The position numbers and the translations under genes were made by a program. The notes beneath the pieces are model-generated. The model saw only the letters and a program-made list of their open reading frames with translations. It ran no database searches and was not told the origin of the DNA. A stretch of 64,000 nucleotides of DNA, from assembly GCA_031835245.2 (NCBI GenBank), contig JAVKOQ020000105.1, positions 62,001 through 126,000 on the forward strand, given 5' to 3'. Source of the stretch: Balamuthia mandrillaris (lineage: Eukaryota). Of this stretch, positions 62,781 through 64,000 are shown in pieces (the stretch's first letter is position 1; each line of letters starts with the position of its first letter).

Positions 62781-63789
62781 ATGGAGCTGAGCCGTCTTGA
62801 CGGACCGAACAGCAAGTTCTCTGCTCGTCAAAGCGGCGGGGGGTTGAGTGGAAGGAACACTGGCAACGATTTTCTCGACGACGATGACCTCGAGGTTATT
62901 ATTCCCTTGCTTTTTCGTCCTTTCAACAAAATATAAACATTTTTCGTTTTGTCTCATTCGACTTTTTTTTTTGCGATGAAATGTTTTTGTTGTTGTTGTG
63001 GTTTGTTTTTTTAAAAAGGCGGTGACAGTGGCGCAGCGGCAACGGTTGTTGCAGGGCACGGATAGGTTGGGAGATCAGGGGGACCGCCTGCAGCGGGCTC
63101 ACATGATTGCTCTCCAAAACGAGGAGATTGGAGTGGAGATTCATGGCTCCCTGCTCGAACAAAGAGAAACCCTCGAAAGAGCTCGTGATAAGGTTTCCTT
63201 CTCTCTTCCTCTTCCTCTTCCTCTTCCTCTTCCTCTTCCTCTTCCTCTTCCTCTTCCTCTTCCTCTTCCTCTTCCTCTTCCTCTTCCTCTTCCTCTTCCT
63301 CTTCCTCTTCCTCTTTCCTCCTCTTCCCTCTTCCTCTTCCTCTTCCTCTTCCCTCTTCCTCTTCCTCTTCCTCTTCCTCTTCCTCTTCCTCTTCCTCTTC
63401 CTCTTCCTCTTCCTCTTCCTCTTCCTCTTCCTCTTCCTCTTCCTCTTCCTGTCAGGCAGCCTTTACTCACATCTTGTTTTTTCTGCACATTCTGCTTGCT
63501 TCTTGTTCTCTTGTTCTTTGTTGTTCTTGTTTCTGTTCTCTGCTTCTTGCTTCTTGCTTCTTGCTTCTTCTTGTCTTGTTCTTCTGGTCGCCACAAAAAC
63601 AAACAGACACGTGCGGTGAACGACAACATAACGCAGAGCCGGAAAATAATGCAGGCGATGTCCAGGCGAGTGATAACCAACAAGTTGGTGTTGGTCTTCA
63701 TCATAGTGATCCTGCTGGCAAGCATCATGCTGATCGTCTACCTCAAATGGGGACGACCGCTGATGCACTCTGGCGACTCTAAGCACTAA
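62781..63789 (+). CDS. VTI1: VTI1-like Qb-SNARE, apparently lacking the Habc domain (3 exons)
   Basis: QRQRLLQGTDRL, EEIGVEIHGSLLEQRETL, SRKIMQAMSRRVITNK and a C-terminal TM. Introns at about 62895-63018 and 63193-63606. Confidence 0.8.
63205..63450. repeat. (CTTCCT)n intronic microsatellite
   Basis: Directly visible. Confidence 0.95.
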
Positions 63790-64000
63790 CCCTCCACTTC
63801 ACCTTTTGCCATGAAAAACATTACAGAATGGGGAAGGCAAAAAAACAAAAATGGAACGAACGGCAGTGAGGAAAAAGAACTTGTGCTCAAACTAACCCAA
63901 GCAAGACGAGAACAAAGAGAGAGAGAGAGAGAGAGAGAGAGATGCTTCTATGCTTGCGTTCTGTTTGAGATAGTTATTATTATTATGTTGTTGTAAATAA

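Overview
Gene-dense, intron-rich eukaryotic DNA. The SHK-type kinase-SH2 gene, the malate synthase-isocitrate lyase fusion and the intron style suggest an amoebozoan of the Acanthamoeba/Balamuthia type (inference). About 19 protein genes were reconstructed by hand splicing: a membrane-anchored catalytically degenerate GH18 protein, PMCA Ca-ATPase, TKL kinase-SH2, MS-ICL fusion, YegS/DAGK-like lipid kinase, EEP phosphatase/nuclease, GT8, a TPT transporter-pyruvyltransferase fusion, three Rho regulators, a tandem GNAT, a Schlafen/AlbA_2-NB-ARC protein, a glycine-rich RRM protein, proteasome alpha-6, a membrane protein, a DUF4062-NACHT-TPR protein, MOCS2B and a VTI1-like SNARE. Most short ORFs in the track are translations of intronic microsatellites. 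The strongest leads are: (1) an NLR-like STAND ATPase with a Schlafen nuclease effector that keeps its catalytic residues; (2) an intronless polypeptide joining a TPT-family transporter to a polysaccharide pyruvyltransferase, beside an intronless GT8; (3) a recurrent TRTCGAYA palindrome in promoter regions; (4) a clear U12 AT-AC intron next to a GC-AG intron. All domain calls come from recognising motifs by eye; no searches were run.
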